DNA from: Haliotis rufescens
Lineage: Eukaryota
DNA length: 64,000 nt
Reading direction: 5' to 3'
NCBI RefSeq assembly: GCF_023055435.1
Contig: NW_025963890.1
Location: forward strand, 62,496,001 to 62,560,000
The position numbers and the translations under genes were made by a program. The notes below the pieces were generated by a model. The model did not search any database, had not been told where the DNA came from, and worked only from the letters and a program-made list of their open reading frames with translations. Positions 11,341 to 23,807 of the stretch are shown here, piece after piece (positions within the stretch are counted from its first letter, which is position 1; each line of letters begins with the position of its first letter).

Positions 11341-14300
11341 AATATGAAATCTATTGACATAATCGCTGTATGTTCTCCCCTGTAGTATTAAAACAGAAAC
11401 ACCATCGAATTAAATACGAAAAGTCAACGCACATATCTAATTTTGAAGACAGACAACTATGCTTCCATGCCCTATAACTCCAGATGTTACACATTATTTG
11501 TATTTGCCAGGCCAGTTCAAAGACTTGGGGGTAGTGGCCCGGTATGGTGAGGAAGAAATCTAAAAAAAACGTGCATCAGTAATGGGTCCATCAACTGTAC
11601 CACCCAATCCCTGTGTCAAAGAATAACCATAATCCTTAATAGAACCAAGGAATGAGTGAACGAGTATGTGGCTTAATGAATGATTGAGTGAGATTTTATG
11701 CGGTTTTAGCTATGTCACGACCAACGAAAACAGAAAGGGACATCAAGGACGTGGAGTATCTTCGGTGACGAACGCTGAAACAACTTTATGTTGCAGAAAG
11801 TATTTGAGACAAGCGTAATTGATACCATGTGGATTCTCCAAAACTCTGCTTAAATGTTTTGTTATTTCAAAAATGAAATAAGGTCAATTATCTCAATACA
11901 TTTGATTATCAACGTTGTACAATAATATTCCGCACGAAATCCGAATTAAATACTTCATTCATCGACCAAAGAGCATTAGACACTAAACGTTGTGACCATA
12001 GATATAGTTATATCTTTAACTGCAAGGTTCAAGACAATTTGTCCAACATGAAAGTTAAATTTTATGTGAAATGCTGAAGCTTACCTAATTGATACATGCT
12101 TGTCGTAAAAGGTGACTATGCTTGTAATAAAAGGCGACTTACGGGATCGGGTGGTCAGGCTCGCTGACTTGGTTGATGCATGTCATAAATCCCAATTGCG
12201 TGCACGTGGATTGATGCTCATGATATTAATCACTGGATTGTCCGGTCCAGACTCGATTATTTACAGACCGCCGTCATATAGCAGGAATACTGCTGAGTGC
12301 GGCGTTAAACAACAAACAAACTTTTCTTGACTGACCATCACGATGTAGATGTTACTGAAGGATGGAGTAGGGCAGTTATGGATTAAACAATCATATATCG
12401 ATAAAAGGTTACAATGTCATATGGATACATTAATTAATGATATCATTTGTACAGAAATTAAACGTTACCATTGATACAGTCGGAATCTTACAATGGATTT
12501 CTTATGATTATGGAAGGGTTTTGAAGCTTTTAATACATCTTCTGTTATTTTGACTGACCATCACTAGGCGGATGTCACTGAAGGATGGAGTAGGACAGTT
12601 ATGGATTAAACAATCAAATATCGATCTTTCCATGAAATATAATGGCATGCCATGAGTATGCCAATGGCATATTGATACATCACCTAATAATTATACTTTG
12701 TACAAAACATTAATTTTGACATTGAAGTGTCGGTGACTTATATGGCACTTAACCAAGTCTTTACACGGGAAATCGTTTTTTGTCAAAACACAGAATATTT
12801 AAGTTGGTTCAGAAACTGTTTGTGAAATAATTGGTTATGATCAGTACATATAGGTTAAATAGATGTCTTCATTTAACATTATTTGGCGATGTATACTCCT
12901 GTCATACAATGTTATATCTAGTTTGATTCTAAGTATGTTTGACACCAATGACTGTAGCTATATAGATCTTTACTGCCAACTGTCACATGACTTAAAACCT
13001 TCAAGGGTGATGTGTTTACGACAGATAACACAGTTAAAACATTTCCATATGTCCTTAAATGACATCTTCTGACTTGTAGCAATTGTTCCGTTGCAACAAC
13101 AAAAATAAAAAATAAATAAAATAAAATAAACATCACTGACATTACACATCATTACTATGGATAAAAACAGGGTTTGTCATGTGAATCTAAATTACCCACT
13201 GCATTTTAACTTTTTAAAATATTTTATGGGTACTTCTAAGCGAAAACTTCCACCAGAACTGTTAATGTTGTAAGGGACACAACTCCTCGAAATAATATTT
13301 TGTATATGTTGTAAACGACTTGACCTCACTGTGTAGTTTCGCAGCTGCCACTGAGACCTTTTAGTCAACCGTCAATATTTCGTCACTATTGCTAGTGGGC
13401 TCGGTGGTTTGAGAGAGACGGCATATTTATTCACACAGTGCATTACAATTCAACGGGGCACTTATTCCTATTTCTATTACTGCCGTCACCACTCGCATCT
13501 TTCCGTAACCAGCAAGAGACCTCGCCCCCTTCCCGAAGGCCTCCATGCGTCGAAACGGCGTAAGTTAATCAGTATGCTCGTCAGAATATGGGTCCTTCGA
13601 AACATACAATTTCGAGTATTTAAATCAATTTTGGCAATATGTGTTGTTTAAAAGTCTCGCAAAATGTAGATTGTCAGTTCCACACCGCAGTGTATATGGA
13701 TAACAGTAATATGTTACACAAATTTATGTTGTTGCATAAAAGGCAGGATGTTGGATGTACACTGCGCGAGTGTACGTTGAGGAAACAGCTCACTTGACTA
13801 CGACATCCGTTTATTTGAGCTCAAACTAGACCGGTTTCCATAACTACATTGAGTCTAATATCAAATGCATAATATCACAAGAGTTGAAAAAAGATGTATT
13901 TAAGTAATTAACTAATCACCGATTTCAATACAAAGTATTCACGTAACTCTTTAACTCTCATTATGTGATACTGTTTTGCGGACATGTAAGTCCATTTGCC
14001 ATATTTACAAATTTGATTGTAACAGACCAAGATAGGTAATGCTCAATTAAAGTCATAAAAACATGAGTAATTTTCATACAGATTAACGGAACATATGTTC
14101 GAGTGAAGTATTAGAATTTGTAAAATGGACATGTAGCTTGAAGAGATGGCTAAATTTGCTAAGGTCACACATATTTTTCATGGTATTGATGGATAATGTC
14201 TAAAGTGCACAATTAAAGTGCATGTCAGCTCAGCTGAGTTTAGACATGTGCACTAATATGACAGCTGTTATCTATAAACTATGTAAACGGCTCTGTGTTA

Positions 14301-15105
14301 TAAAGATAATGTTGACCCGCCAGCACTGACATTTATAGAGACAGTCCACTTCTATAACACGTGATTTAACAATGATGTTTGACGTTTCTTTATTGCATAA
14401 ACGCGTGGATTTGTGTGGATGGATTATACATATCACAATTAGGGAAGTGGTACTATAAAACGGATTTAATTGCTATGAATATATATTTGGGTGATACCTG
14501 GTTCTACACAAACACCACTGTGTAATGAAAGAAAAAATTAATTCCTTAACAACTATATGATGGTTGGTACACCAGAAATCATTTAATTTATTATTTCAAA
14601 ACTTGTAAAAGAAAAGAAGAAAGCTATCTTAAAGAGATGAGCTATAAATACATCGAGGATTTGTTGACGAAAATTTAATGAAAAAAAGTATGTTTGTTTA
14701 GGTCTGTAAATAATCGAGTCTGGAGGGAATAGACATTCCACTGACTGACACCATGAGCATCGATCCACGCAAATGGGATACGATGGCATGCTGTCAGCGA
14801 GCCTGAACACCCGATCTCGTTTGTCACCTCCTTCGGCAAGTATGGTTTGCTTGAGACCAATTGTAACCAAGTCTACACCGGTGTGCACTTACTGAAGAAA
14901 ACCAGGCACTATCTTGACTCATTTACACATATCCACACATGTATCTATTTATCTTAATTTATCTTTCAGGAATCACCAACATGTTCTGATATAAACACCG
15001 AAGTAGCATGCGAACTTGCAATCTATTCCAATATCTTTCAAAGAAAAACAAATGCAAAAAAAAAAAATCTTCGAATATTTATTGTGTATGACAGCATTGT
15101 TTGAA

Positions 15106-16548
15106 TCAACACCACCCAGGACTCCATACACCGCCATAGTATTTTGGGTTCGCCCTTGGAACATGAGAAGGGTCCTGGGCCGGGACACGGGACTTCTTCC
15201 AGTTCTCCAGCCTCTTCTTCATCATGTCCACTAGCTCAGGGTACTTGCCTGAGAGGTCGAAATGTTCAGTTGGATCTGCAGTAATGTTGTACAGCATGAA
15301 GGGAGGGAAGGTTTGGTTATCAGCTTGAAAAATACGTTCATCAATTCCAAGATGTGGCAATGGAGCCCAACCATTGTGAATTCCTGGACTTCCTTGCATG
15401 AGTTTGAGATCTCCGTACCTTATGGCAGCTGCTTCTTGGCTGTCATAGATATTGTAGACGAACTCATTCCGTTTGGAGGGTCCACCATTGATGAGCATGT
15501 CGTACTGACTGGTTCCGTCCATGTTTGGGTCTGTGTTCTCTCCACCAGCCAGCTCCAACAATGTCGGGTACCAGTCCACAGCATGCATCATTCCAGTGTT
15601 GAGGTAGCCCGTCTTCTTCAAAAGTGTTTTACTGTAGATGAATCCTGTACCTTTCGTTCCCCCTTCCCACAGAGTAGTCTTGGCCCCTCTTAAAGGCAAG
15701 TTATTAGCAGCTCTATACGTAGGACCACCATTGTCGGTTGTAAAGACTATCAATAAATTGTCCATGAGACCTTTTTCTTCTAATGCCTTAGTGATATTCC
15801 CAACAGCTTCATCCAAAGCACTCACCATTCCACAATAGACCCTTCTGTTTATGGTTTCTATATTTTTGTACATGTTTTCATATTTAGGTGGAACTTCAAG
15901 AGGTACATGTACAGACTGAAATGGAAGGTACAGATAAAGTGGCTTACTGTTGTCATGGTTTTCAATTATTTCAACAGCCCTGTCTGCAAACACATTAGCA
16001 GAATAGGTTCCATTGGCGTCTCTTTTGACAGTCTTGTTGACGTGAAAATCCAGCCCCACTTCATCGCTACTTAACTGTCTCGTGTGAGTATAGTAGTCCT
16101 CATCACCAGAGTAATATCCAAGATAGGAATCAAAGCCTCTCTCTGTGGGTGTATATTTCCAGTTACAGAATCCAAGATGCCACTTTCCAACCATGTGAGT
16201 ATCATAGCCAAGTTGTTTCAGTTTTTGTGGTATTGTTGTTAGATTGGCCGGCAGGTGTTTTGCTTCATCTATCCCAATACAGCCGTCCTGTAGTCCAGTG
16301 TGATAGGGGAAATATCCTGACATGAAGCAGTTTCTGGAGGGCGTGCATAAAGGCTGGACGTAAGAAGAGTTGAGGATGACTCCAGCTTTTGCCAGTCTGT
16401 CCAGGTTAGGAGTGATCATTTGAGGGTTCCGAAATCCAACATCATTCCAGCCGAGGTCATCAGCGACTATAAATATAATGTGAGGTTTCTCTGCACACTC
16501 ACAGACAACTAGAGTTGCAATGAAGCATAAAGCTGATATGAAATTCAT
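15106..16548 (-). CDS. Arylsulfatase B-like sulfatase, copy g2 (480 aa)
   Basis: Intact ORF with signal peptide MNFISALCFIATLVVCECA and CTPSR. All S1 catalytic residues are present (D30, D31, C68, R72, K122, H124, H214, D272, N273, K290). Confidence 0.95.
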   Translation of the reverse strand: MNFISALCFIATLVVCECAEKPHIIFIVADDLGWNDVGFRNPQMITPNLDRLAKAGVILNSSYVQPLCTPSRNCFMSGYFPYHTGLQDGCIGIDEAKHLPANLTTIPQKLKQLGYDTHMVGKWHLGFCNWKYTPTERGFDSYLGYYSGDEDYYTHTRQLSSDEVGLDFHVNKTVKRDANGTYSANVFADRAVEIIENHDNSKPLYLYLPFQSVHVPLEVPPKYENMYKNIETINRRVYCGMVSALDEAVGNITKALEEKGLMDNLLIVFTTDNGGPTYRAANNLPLRGAKTTLWEGGTKGTGFIYSKTLLKKTGYLNTGMMHAVDWYPTLLELAGGENTDPNMDGTSQYDMLINGGPSKRNEFVYNIYDSQEAAAIRYGDLKLMQGSPGIHNGWAPLPHLGIDERIFQADNQTFPPFMLYNITADPTEHFDLSGKYPELVDMMKKRLENWKKSRVPAQDPSHVPRANPKYYGGVWSPGWC

Positions 16549-17419
16549 ATTGTTTCTGGTGTATGTGCATTAAAACGGAGAGGTATTTAAGGGTGTTTTA
16601 AAAGATAACGCGATGCGTGACTAACATTATTCTAGTCAGCTTGAATTCTTATCTCTTGGAATGCTTACATTGACACATTCCAGACTATGTTTATATCACG
16701 CATTAAATGGAACAGTCTAGATTGTACATGTGGAGGCTTTAACATGTAAAACTTTTTTTTGTATTCTATAATCGTAAAAGGATGGGATGTCAGGCTTTAG
16801 TCCTTGGATATGAAGTTATTTGACATAATCTATGGCGTCAAAAAGTCCGTGTCTCACCTCCAATGGTTTTTAGAACTGGGACACATACTGTAAAAACAAC
16901 AAACCATCATGAAAATTATTAAAAACCAATACTCAACTCAAATGCCCACTACTTTTTTGAAAACAGGTTCTGTGCTTCCAAGTCCTATAAATGCAGATGT
17001 GACACATTATTTGGACAATTTGTCAAAAATGAAAGTACATGTCATCTGAAATGTACTTGGAAAACAATATGTTAAATGATGGAGTTCCAAGTTGATAACA
17101 TCTATGTGCAATTTGGTCAACATGACTGACAGGCCAGAGGTAGGGGTCGCCACGTGCACTAATTGTGTTCCCCACCTTGCTGATCTTTTTGTTGAGGCAT
17201 TTGTGTCAAAATGTCTTCTCCGATTGGCAATATCAAAACAACATTTGGCCAAGTACTTATAACTTAAGCTACGGGTATATACATGATCTAAATTCGTCTC
17301 TTTATGATTATAAACCTATTCCCTTTCACTGATTTACCCACCTTAACTAGAAATAAAAGGGACCAGTGAAACCGCCTCATACTTAGTTGTATGTATACAT
17401 GTTGTTCAGAGATATTAAA

Positions 17420-17650
17420 GAGTATCACACAGAATGTCGACAAGAAGGATGGCTTCAACTTGCCAATAGTCAACTTTCCCTTTCTGTCGAGCAATTTTCC
17501 AGCATTTGGTGTCTACTTTCTGCATCTGTTTATACTCTATCAAGCATGCTCCTTCTACGAACATTTCAAACAGTGTCATGTGACTCTTGTTTGATCGGGG
17601 CTACACCATTAATGGCCTACGAAGCTCTTACAAAATGTTTTATGGTAAAA
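17420..17650 (+). mobile_element. Degenerate Penelope-like RT thumb fragment (paralog at ~43180-43360)
   Basis: DKKDGFNLPIVNFPFLSSNFPAFGVY resembles the YDKRDDFNFxIVNFPFLxSNIP motif of invertebrate PLE-type RTs. Confidence 0.55.
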
Positions 17651-18459
17651 TGTGGAGTGTGATATAATTTGTACTGAAATAAAATGTTGACATTGAATTA
17701 TAGGATTGTCGGTGACTTGTCAACTATGTCAGTCATTATGTCTTGTTAATCTAAACCATGTCTTTACACAGAAAATCTGTTGTTGTCAATATATAGAATA
17801 TTTTAATGAAAGTTGATTCAGATAATATTTGTGAAATAATTGGTTACGATCAAGGTAAGACACATGTCTTCATTTAACATTATTTGGCAAAGTATACTTA
17901 TGCGTACAATGCCTTATCTATTTTAATTCTAAGTAAGTTTTGACACTATTACTGTAGGCCTTTCTATTGCTTACTGTCACAGAACGTAAAATCTTCAAAG
18001 GTGATGCAACTCTGCACAGCGAATTACGGTGCAAAGACGACAAAACGACAAGACGACCCGTCCCTAAGGATGTTTTACAACTTTATTGTTTGTTTGTTTG
18101 TTTAAAGCTGTTCTCAGTAAGATTCCAGCTGTATGACGGCCGTCTGTAAATAATCAACCAAGTCAACAAGTATGACCTACAGATCCTCTTAGTCGCCTCT
18201 TACATCATTCTTGGGTTGCTGAAGGCCAATTCGAACAAGGATCTTCACTGGGATGCAATTTCATGATTGAAACCAGGTAATATGTTGACTCAATAGCACA
18301 TATCTATGTGATGTATAATCAGATATCTGTTATTTTTAATTTATCTTTCAAGGATAACCAAGGTCTTAGTGCATGTCCATAAGTAGCATGCTAACTTGCA
18401 ATCTATTCCAATCTCTTTCAAAGAAAACAAATGCAAAAACAATCTTTGGATATTTATTT

Positions 18460-19839
18460 GGAACGGGACACGGGTTTTCTTCCAGTTCTCCAACCTCTTC
18501 TTCATCATGTCCACTAGCTCAGGACGTTTGGCTGAGAGGTCGAAGTGTTCCGTTGGATCTGCAGTAATATTGTATAGCATGAAGGGAGGGAACTGTTGGT
18601 TATCAGCTTGATAAACACGTTCATCAATTCCCAGATGTGGTGGAGGAGCCAAACCATTGTGATCTCCCGGACTTCCTTGCATGAGTTAGAGATCTCCATA
18701 CCGTATTGCAGCTGCTTCCTGCTCATCGTAGATGTTGTAGACGAACTCATTCCGCTTGGTGGGTCCGCCATTGATGAGCATGTCGTACTGACTGACTCCG
18801 TCCATGTTGGGGTCTGTGTTCTCTCCACCACCCAACTCCACCAAAGTCGGGTACCAGTCTACAGCATGCATCATTCCAGTGTTGAGATAGCCTTTCTTTT
18901 TCAGAAGGGTTTTACTGTAGATAAATCCGGTGCCTTTCGTACCCCCTTCCCATAGAGTATTTTTGGCTCCTCGTAAAGGCACGTTATTTGATGCTGTATA
19001 TGTGGGACCACCATTATCGGTTGTAAAGACTAACAAAAGATTGTCCACGAGACCTTTGTCTTCTAATGCCTTAGTGATATTCCCAACAGCTTCATCCAAT
19101 GCACTCACCATTCCACAATAGACCCTTCTGCTTTTAGTTTCTATGTTCTTGTACATGTTTTCATATTTAGCTGGAACTTCAAGAGGTGCATGTACAGACT
19201 GGAATGGAAGGTATAGATAAAGTGGCTTACTGTTGTCGTGGTTCTCAATGATTTCAACAGCCCGGTCCGCAAACGCATTAGCAGAATAGCAGAATAGGTC
19301 TCATTGGCGCTTCTGTTGATGGTCAAGTTGAAGCGAAAATCCAGCCCCACTTCATCCCTACTTTCCTGTCTCATGTGAGTAAAGTAGTCCTCCATTCCAG
19401 AGTAATATCCAAGATAGGAGTCAAAGCCTCTCTCTGTGGGTGTATACTTCTTGTTACAGAATCCAAGATGCCACTTTCCAACCATGTGAGCATCATAGCC
19501 AAGTTGTTTAAGTTTTTGTGGTATTGTTGTTAGATTGGCCGGCAGGTGTTTTGCTTCGTTGACCAATATAACGCCATCTTGTAGTCCGGTGTGATAAGGG
19601 AAATATCCTGACATGAAGCAGTTTCTTGAGGGCGAACACAAAGGCTGGACGTAAGAAGAGTTGAGGTTGACTCCAGCTTTGGCCAGTCTGTCCAGGATAG
19701 GTGTGATCATTTGAGGGTTCCTAAATCCAACATCGTTCCAGCCGAGGTCATCAGCGACTATAAATACAATGTGAGGTTTCTTTGCACATTCACAGATAAC
19801 AAAAGTCAGAAGAATAAAGACAGCTCTTTGGAGATTCAT
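18460..19839 (-). pseudogene. Arylsulfatase B-like pseudogene, copy g3
   Basis: Close paralog of g5 with three lesions: an 8-nt tandem duplication (gcagaata x2, 19281-19296) causing a frameshift, an AAA>TAA nonsense codon at 18686-18688, and deletion of the last ~24 codons at ~18460. Confidence 0.92.
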
Positions 19840-20007
19840 TTTGCTTCTGCTCAGTGTGATACATTGTGTTTCTATTTAAAGGTTTCCAATAGATAAAGTG
19901 ATTTTCGTGACTTGCCTAGATTATGAATTCTTTCTGTGTGATTACCAGCTGGATAGTTCCCTTACCACAGAATTTATGTAGATGTTGCATGACCTTTTTC
20001 ACGAAGC

Positions 20008-21117
20008 CTGCAAGTAAAACGATAACCCATATAATATATGAAATTCTTCAGTCTGAGATGTTTTGAGAAATTCGGAAGAACTGGACAATGTTACGACTGC
20101 TGAGCATCATTGTAGTTAATATTTTAGTTCAGTGCTCGTATGTGTAATTGTGCTCTGCGTTCATTGGACTCAAATAACAATACATTTACCCTTCCTCTTT
20201 AAAATCTTATCTTAGTGTTAATTGTGCATATGAACGGGGCATACAGAATAACATCAGCAGACACCGGCCAGCCATGAACCGTGACCAGGGAACCTATCTG
20301 CCTTGTGCTTGGGACTCATTGCTTTGGCTTCCATTTGCCCACTGCTATGTCCATTCTTTCAGCTATCAGTTTAATTACCTCCGGCCTCCTGTTTGCCCAG
20401 GGTCCATTGCCTATTACTTATCTATGATAACTTAGGTACTGTCTTCCATACTAGTTGTTAGTTTCAACCCGTTGTTCTTTTCCACCTTTTGTTATCTTAT
20501 TAATTTTGTTGTCCTTACATGTACATATATATGCTCTCTGCCTCATGGCATTTATTCGCCTGATGAAGGAGTAAGCGTATACTCCGAAACGTTGTGTTCC
20601 TCATAATGAAGAAGTTGACATCCATACATTCTCTTCCTTACACAATAGCACAAAGAAATATATGTGCAAGAATACATAAACACTTTCTCTTGAACTTTGT
20701 TACACTCTTAACATAGTGTTAATTGTGCATATAAACGGTGCCTACACGATTAGCTCTATACCTGGTACTTGTTTATGTTATGGTTCATGTAGTGGACGTG
20801 TGGGGCAGGATACGCTCAGATTTTCCTGCTACCAGTACTTTTTGATTATGAATCATGAACACATGCTCATGATAAAGGGTTTTGGCGCTTTTATTTACAC
20901 TTTTACAGCTGCACATCTTTTTCTTGAGCGTCATTGTATTCTATTACTTACAAGTTATTGATGTTTTGTTAAGCTTTGAAGTTTGGAAGAACAAATGCAT
21001 TGGGTTAGTTGTCCTTAGTTGTGGTTTGTATCTAGGACATGACTAAAAAAAGTCCGGGAGGCGAATTTATTAATTATTCATTGATAATTTGTAGTCATTT
21101 ATTGACTTCACACTTAC
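20008..21117 (-). other. Candidate 5'UTR intron of B-type sulfatase genes
   Basis: Acceptor ttttacttgcag at 20008-20019, with equivalents at 5312, 45902 and 59960 (tag). Donor gtaagt at 21112-21117 is conserved at ~47104-47110. Confidence 0.4.
20250..20640 (+). mobile_element. Penelope-like 3' fragment with hammerhead motif (20557-20596)
   Basis: Paralog of 5546-5930; reads PAMNRDQGTYLPCAWDSLL. Confidence 0.7.
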
Positions 21118-21278
21118 GTTCTGTAGATATAGATTCATGGGTTAACCTCTGATTTCCAATTTGATTTGTCGTTCATTTGTCTGATGCAGATTATACAGAC
21201 AGGCATGATTAAGCGGTTTTACCTCTTAATGTGTATTTATACAAAAATCTTTCAATTACTCACACATTTGACTTGATT

Positions 21279-22604
21279 ATTTTAGGATAATGCTTTAGCA
21301 GAAGTAGATGTTGCACCATTGCAAGAAAAAACACAAAGACTTGAGTTGGATGTAAGGCCTAAGGTTTATATACAGAAAAGTACAGGGACTGGAGAACACT
21401 CCTGGGTTGGGAAACGCTAAACACGGCTGACTGTCAACGCGAAGGTGCCCCGACAGAACAGCAAACGCGGCTCCGAGGGTACAAACCATACGGAGCCAAA
21501 TGATGGGACCCCCCAGGGAAAAGCGCATAGGGGGTCTGCTGTAGGCTCTACAACCACCATTATACAATAGGGCCTAGAGGGTATGCCTCAAAGACGCCCA
21601 AAACACCAAAATCACTACTCCCAGCCCAAAAGTGTTACGCGTTGATACAAACCAATTGTCGTGCGATGTAATGTGTAGAATGTGCTAGTCCAGGATCTTC
21701 ACCTGTTGTGCACATACAAACCCCTGTGACTTGTTCGACGCATGTTTATGCCAGGACACCTCTTGCCTCGCATATACTGAATTGTCCAAAACTTGCCACA
21801 ACTACAATGTAAAGGAAATAAAGCAGCAGTACATGTTCCTGATACATACAAATACTTGCAATTAGATTAACTATCAACTGAGGAAATGTTATACATATAT
21901 ATATACGTTTGAAATGAGAAGTAATGGGCGGGATGGGAGGGAAAAAACGTGTCACCGGTGTGGTTGTGTGGATGAAAAGAGGATGTAGCCACTAGATTCA
22001 GCTGCAACATGGGTTACTTTCCTTTGTTTAGAGCATTTGAAGAACAATTCCTGAATAATACACTGATAAGGTGCCTTGCACTATTAAACCATGAAGAGTA
22101 GCTTTCTTTGCACTATTAAACCAGGAAGAGTAGCTTCCCTTTGACTGTGGACCACAAATGCATGGGGAGAACGCCCCTTAAATTGGAATAACGTAAGATT
22201 GACAAAATAATGCATTTTATTAATTAATAATAAAATTAATAATTTTAGGATAATGCTTTAGCAGAAGTAGACGCTGCACCATTGCAAGAAAAAAACACAA
22301 AGACTTGAGTTGGATGTAAGGCCTAAGGTTTATATAAAGAAAAGTACAAGGACTGGAGAAAACTCATGGTCCGGGAAACGCTAAACACGGCTGACTGTCA
22401 ACATGAAGGTGCCCGGACAGAACAGCAAATGCGGCCCTGCGGGTACAAACCTTACGGAGCCAAATGATGGGACCCCCAAGGGAAAAGCGCATAGGGATTC
22501 TGCTGTAGGCTCTACAACCACCATTATACAATAGGGCCGAGAGGGTATGCCTCAAAGACCCCCAAAACACCAAAATCACTACTCCCAGCCCAAAAGTGTT
22601 ACGC
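21279..22604. repeat. ~360-bp direct repeats (Ngaro B1/B2-type)
   Basis: attttaggataatgc...aaaagtgttacgc at 21279-21640 and 22242-22604. Confidence 0.85.
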
Positions 22605-22837
22605 CACGAGATGTGTCTATACACATCTCCTCCAATACTTGTACTGTGATTACTGTTATATTGGTTATGGTGTAGGAGATTAATTAGCCAAAAATACCTT
22701 ACTTTTTCAAAAAAGTTTGAAAAATCCTGTTTTAGACATGGTAAGCTTTTTATAAATACAGCGGCCACTCCAATGCAAAACTGCTTTGAACCCAGCTCGG
22801 TTCAGACGACTTCGAGGCCTCTCCATTGCCTCTGGAT

Positions 22838-22900
22838 TGAGTGATCGAGTGAGTTAAGATTTAACGTCACATCGGCCGTATTTCAGCCATATCGTGACGA
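22838..22900 (-). mobile_element. ~60-bp 3' tip of a Nimb-like LINE
   Basis: gagtgagttaagatttaacgtcacatcggccgtatttcagccatatcgtgac matches the 3' termini of LINE1-3. Confidence 0.7.
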
Positions 22901-23807
22901 CCTTTGAATTGACAACTCCATGCCAGTATAACCGTGGTAGCAGTTGAGTCAGGTAGTAGATGCCATCAGTAACATGCCAAACAAGGGAACCAATATTCTG
23001 GTCAACAAAATCATTTGATCCCAAATGCAAGAGTATTAGACTTGGGGGAGGTATACGGCCTAATTGTGTCTGGACGACTTGCAAGAGTTCTGATCACTTC
23101 ATGCCCCACTTTCCAAACCAGTGAAATCATAACCCTAGATTGTCACCCAGTTTCAACCTCAAAGATTGACGATGAGTTAAATAAATGAATGGGTAGCCTA
23201 TTATCCATACATCTGGAAGAATAATAATTATTTATAAATATCAAATTGCCTGAAGTTATTGACTGTGCATCCAAAGTTTAGAGTCTAATGTAAGTTGAGT
23301 ACGCCTTAGACTTGCATCGACGCCACAACTGTATTGTCTCCGATGACATGCCTATTTTGGCGGCAGAAGTGGCTGCTCCATTGCGGGACGAGTGTGACTT
23401 GAACTTACATAGGTCGAGGTCCCATATATCTGATGCATTTGGAAACCATAGCTGCAAACTGGTATCATGTTAAAGGTTGACAGTTCCCATGGCAAAACGG
23501 AAAGACCAAACCCGCTGGACGAAGAAGTGCAACGTATTGCTTCATTGCTTTTAGTTGGCATATTTCACTTGCATTACCTTAGATGTGGAGCGAGCAAGTC
23601 CTTGCTAACTGATCTGTCTTTGACAATCTCACAGTTACTTCTAAAAATGTCCTCTGGACTGTGACATCTGAAATCCTAAGACATCTGAGATCGTTCCAAA
23701 TAAACCATCACGCCAACTCTCATGAAACCGAAAAAGGCCAGGAATTTAAAAAAAAAATGCAGTTGTAAACAAAATAGCTTCATATGGAGAACAGCAAAGA
23801 GCATTAA

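Larger units (their letters stand above)
11200..21215. repeat. ~10-kb segmental duplication unit (spacer-gA-spacer-gB-upstream), copy II
   Basis: Colinear with 29920-31275 + 37538-47210. Partial copy at 1-6374. Confidence 0.88.
21279..23807 (-). mobile_element. Ngaro/DIRS-type tyrosine-recombinase retrotransposon, degenerate 3' half
   Basis: YR motifs AFFGFMRVG (~23720-23745) and HSSRNGAATSAA...IQLWRRCKSKAYSTYIR (~23285-23395). SGNH-hydrolase-like segment PSLILLHLGSND (~23010-23050). Split direct repeats at 21279-21640 and 22242-22604. Confidence 0.75.

Noticed and set aside
21279-22604. LTR pair of a small LTR element
   Set aside because: No TG..CA ends, PBS or PPT; the adjacent YR and SGNH remnants fit Ngaro split direct repeats better.
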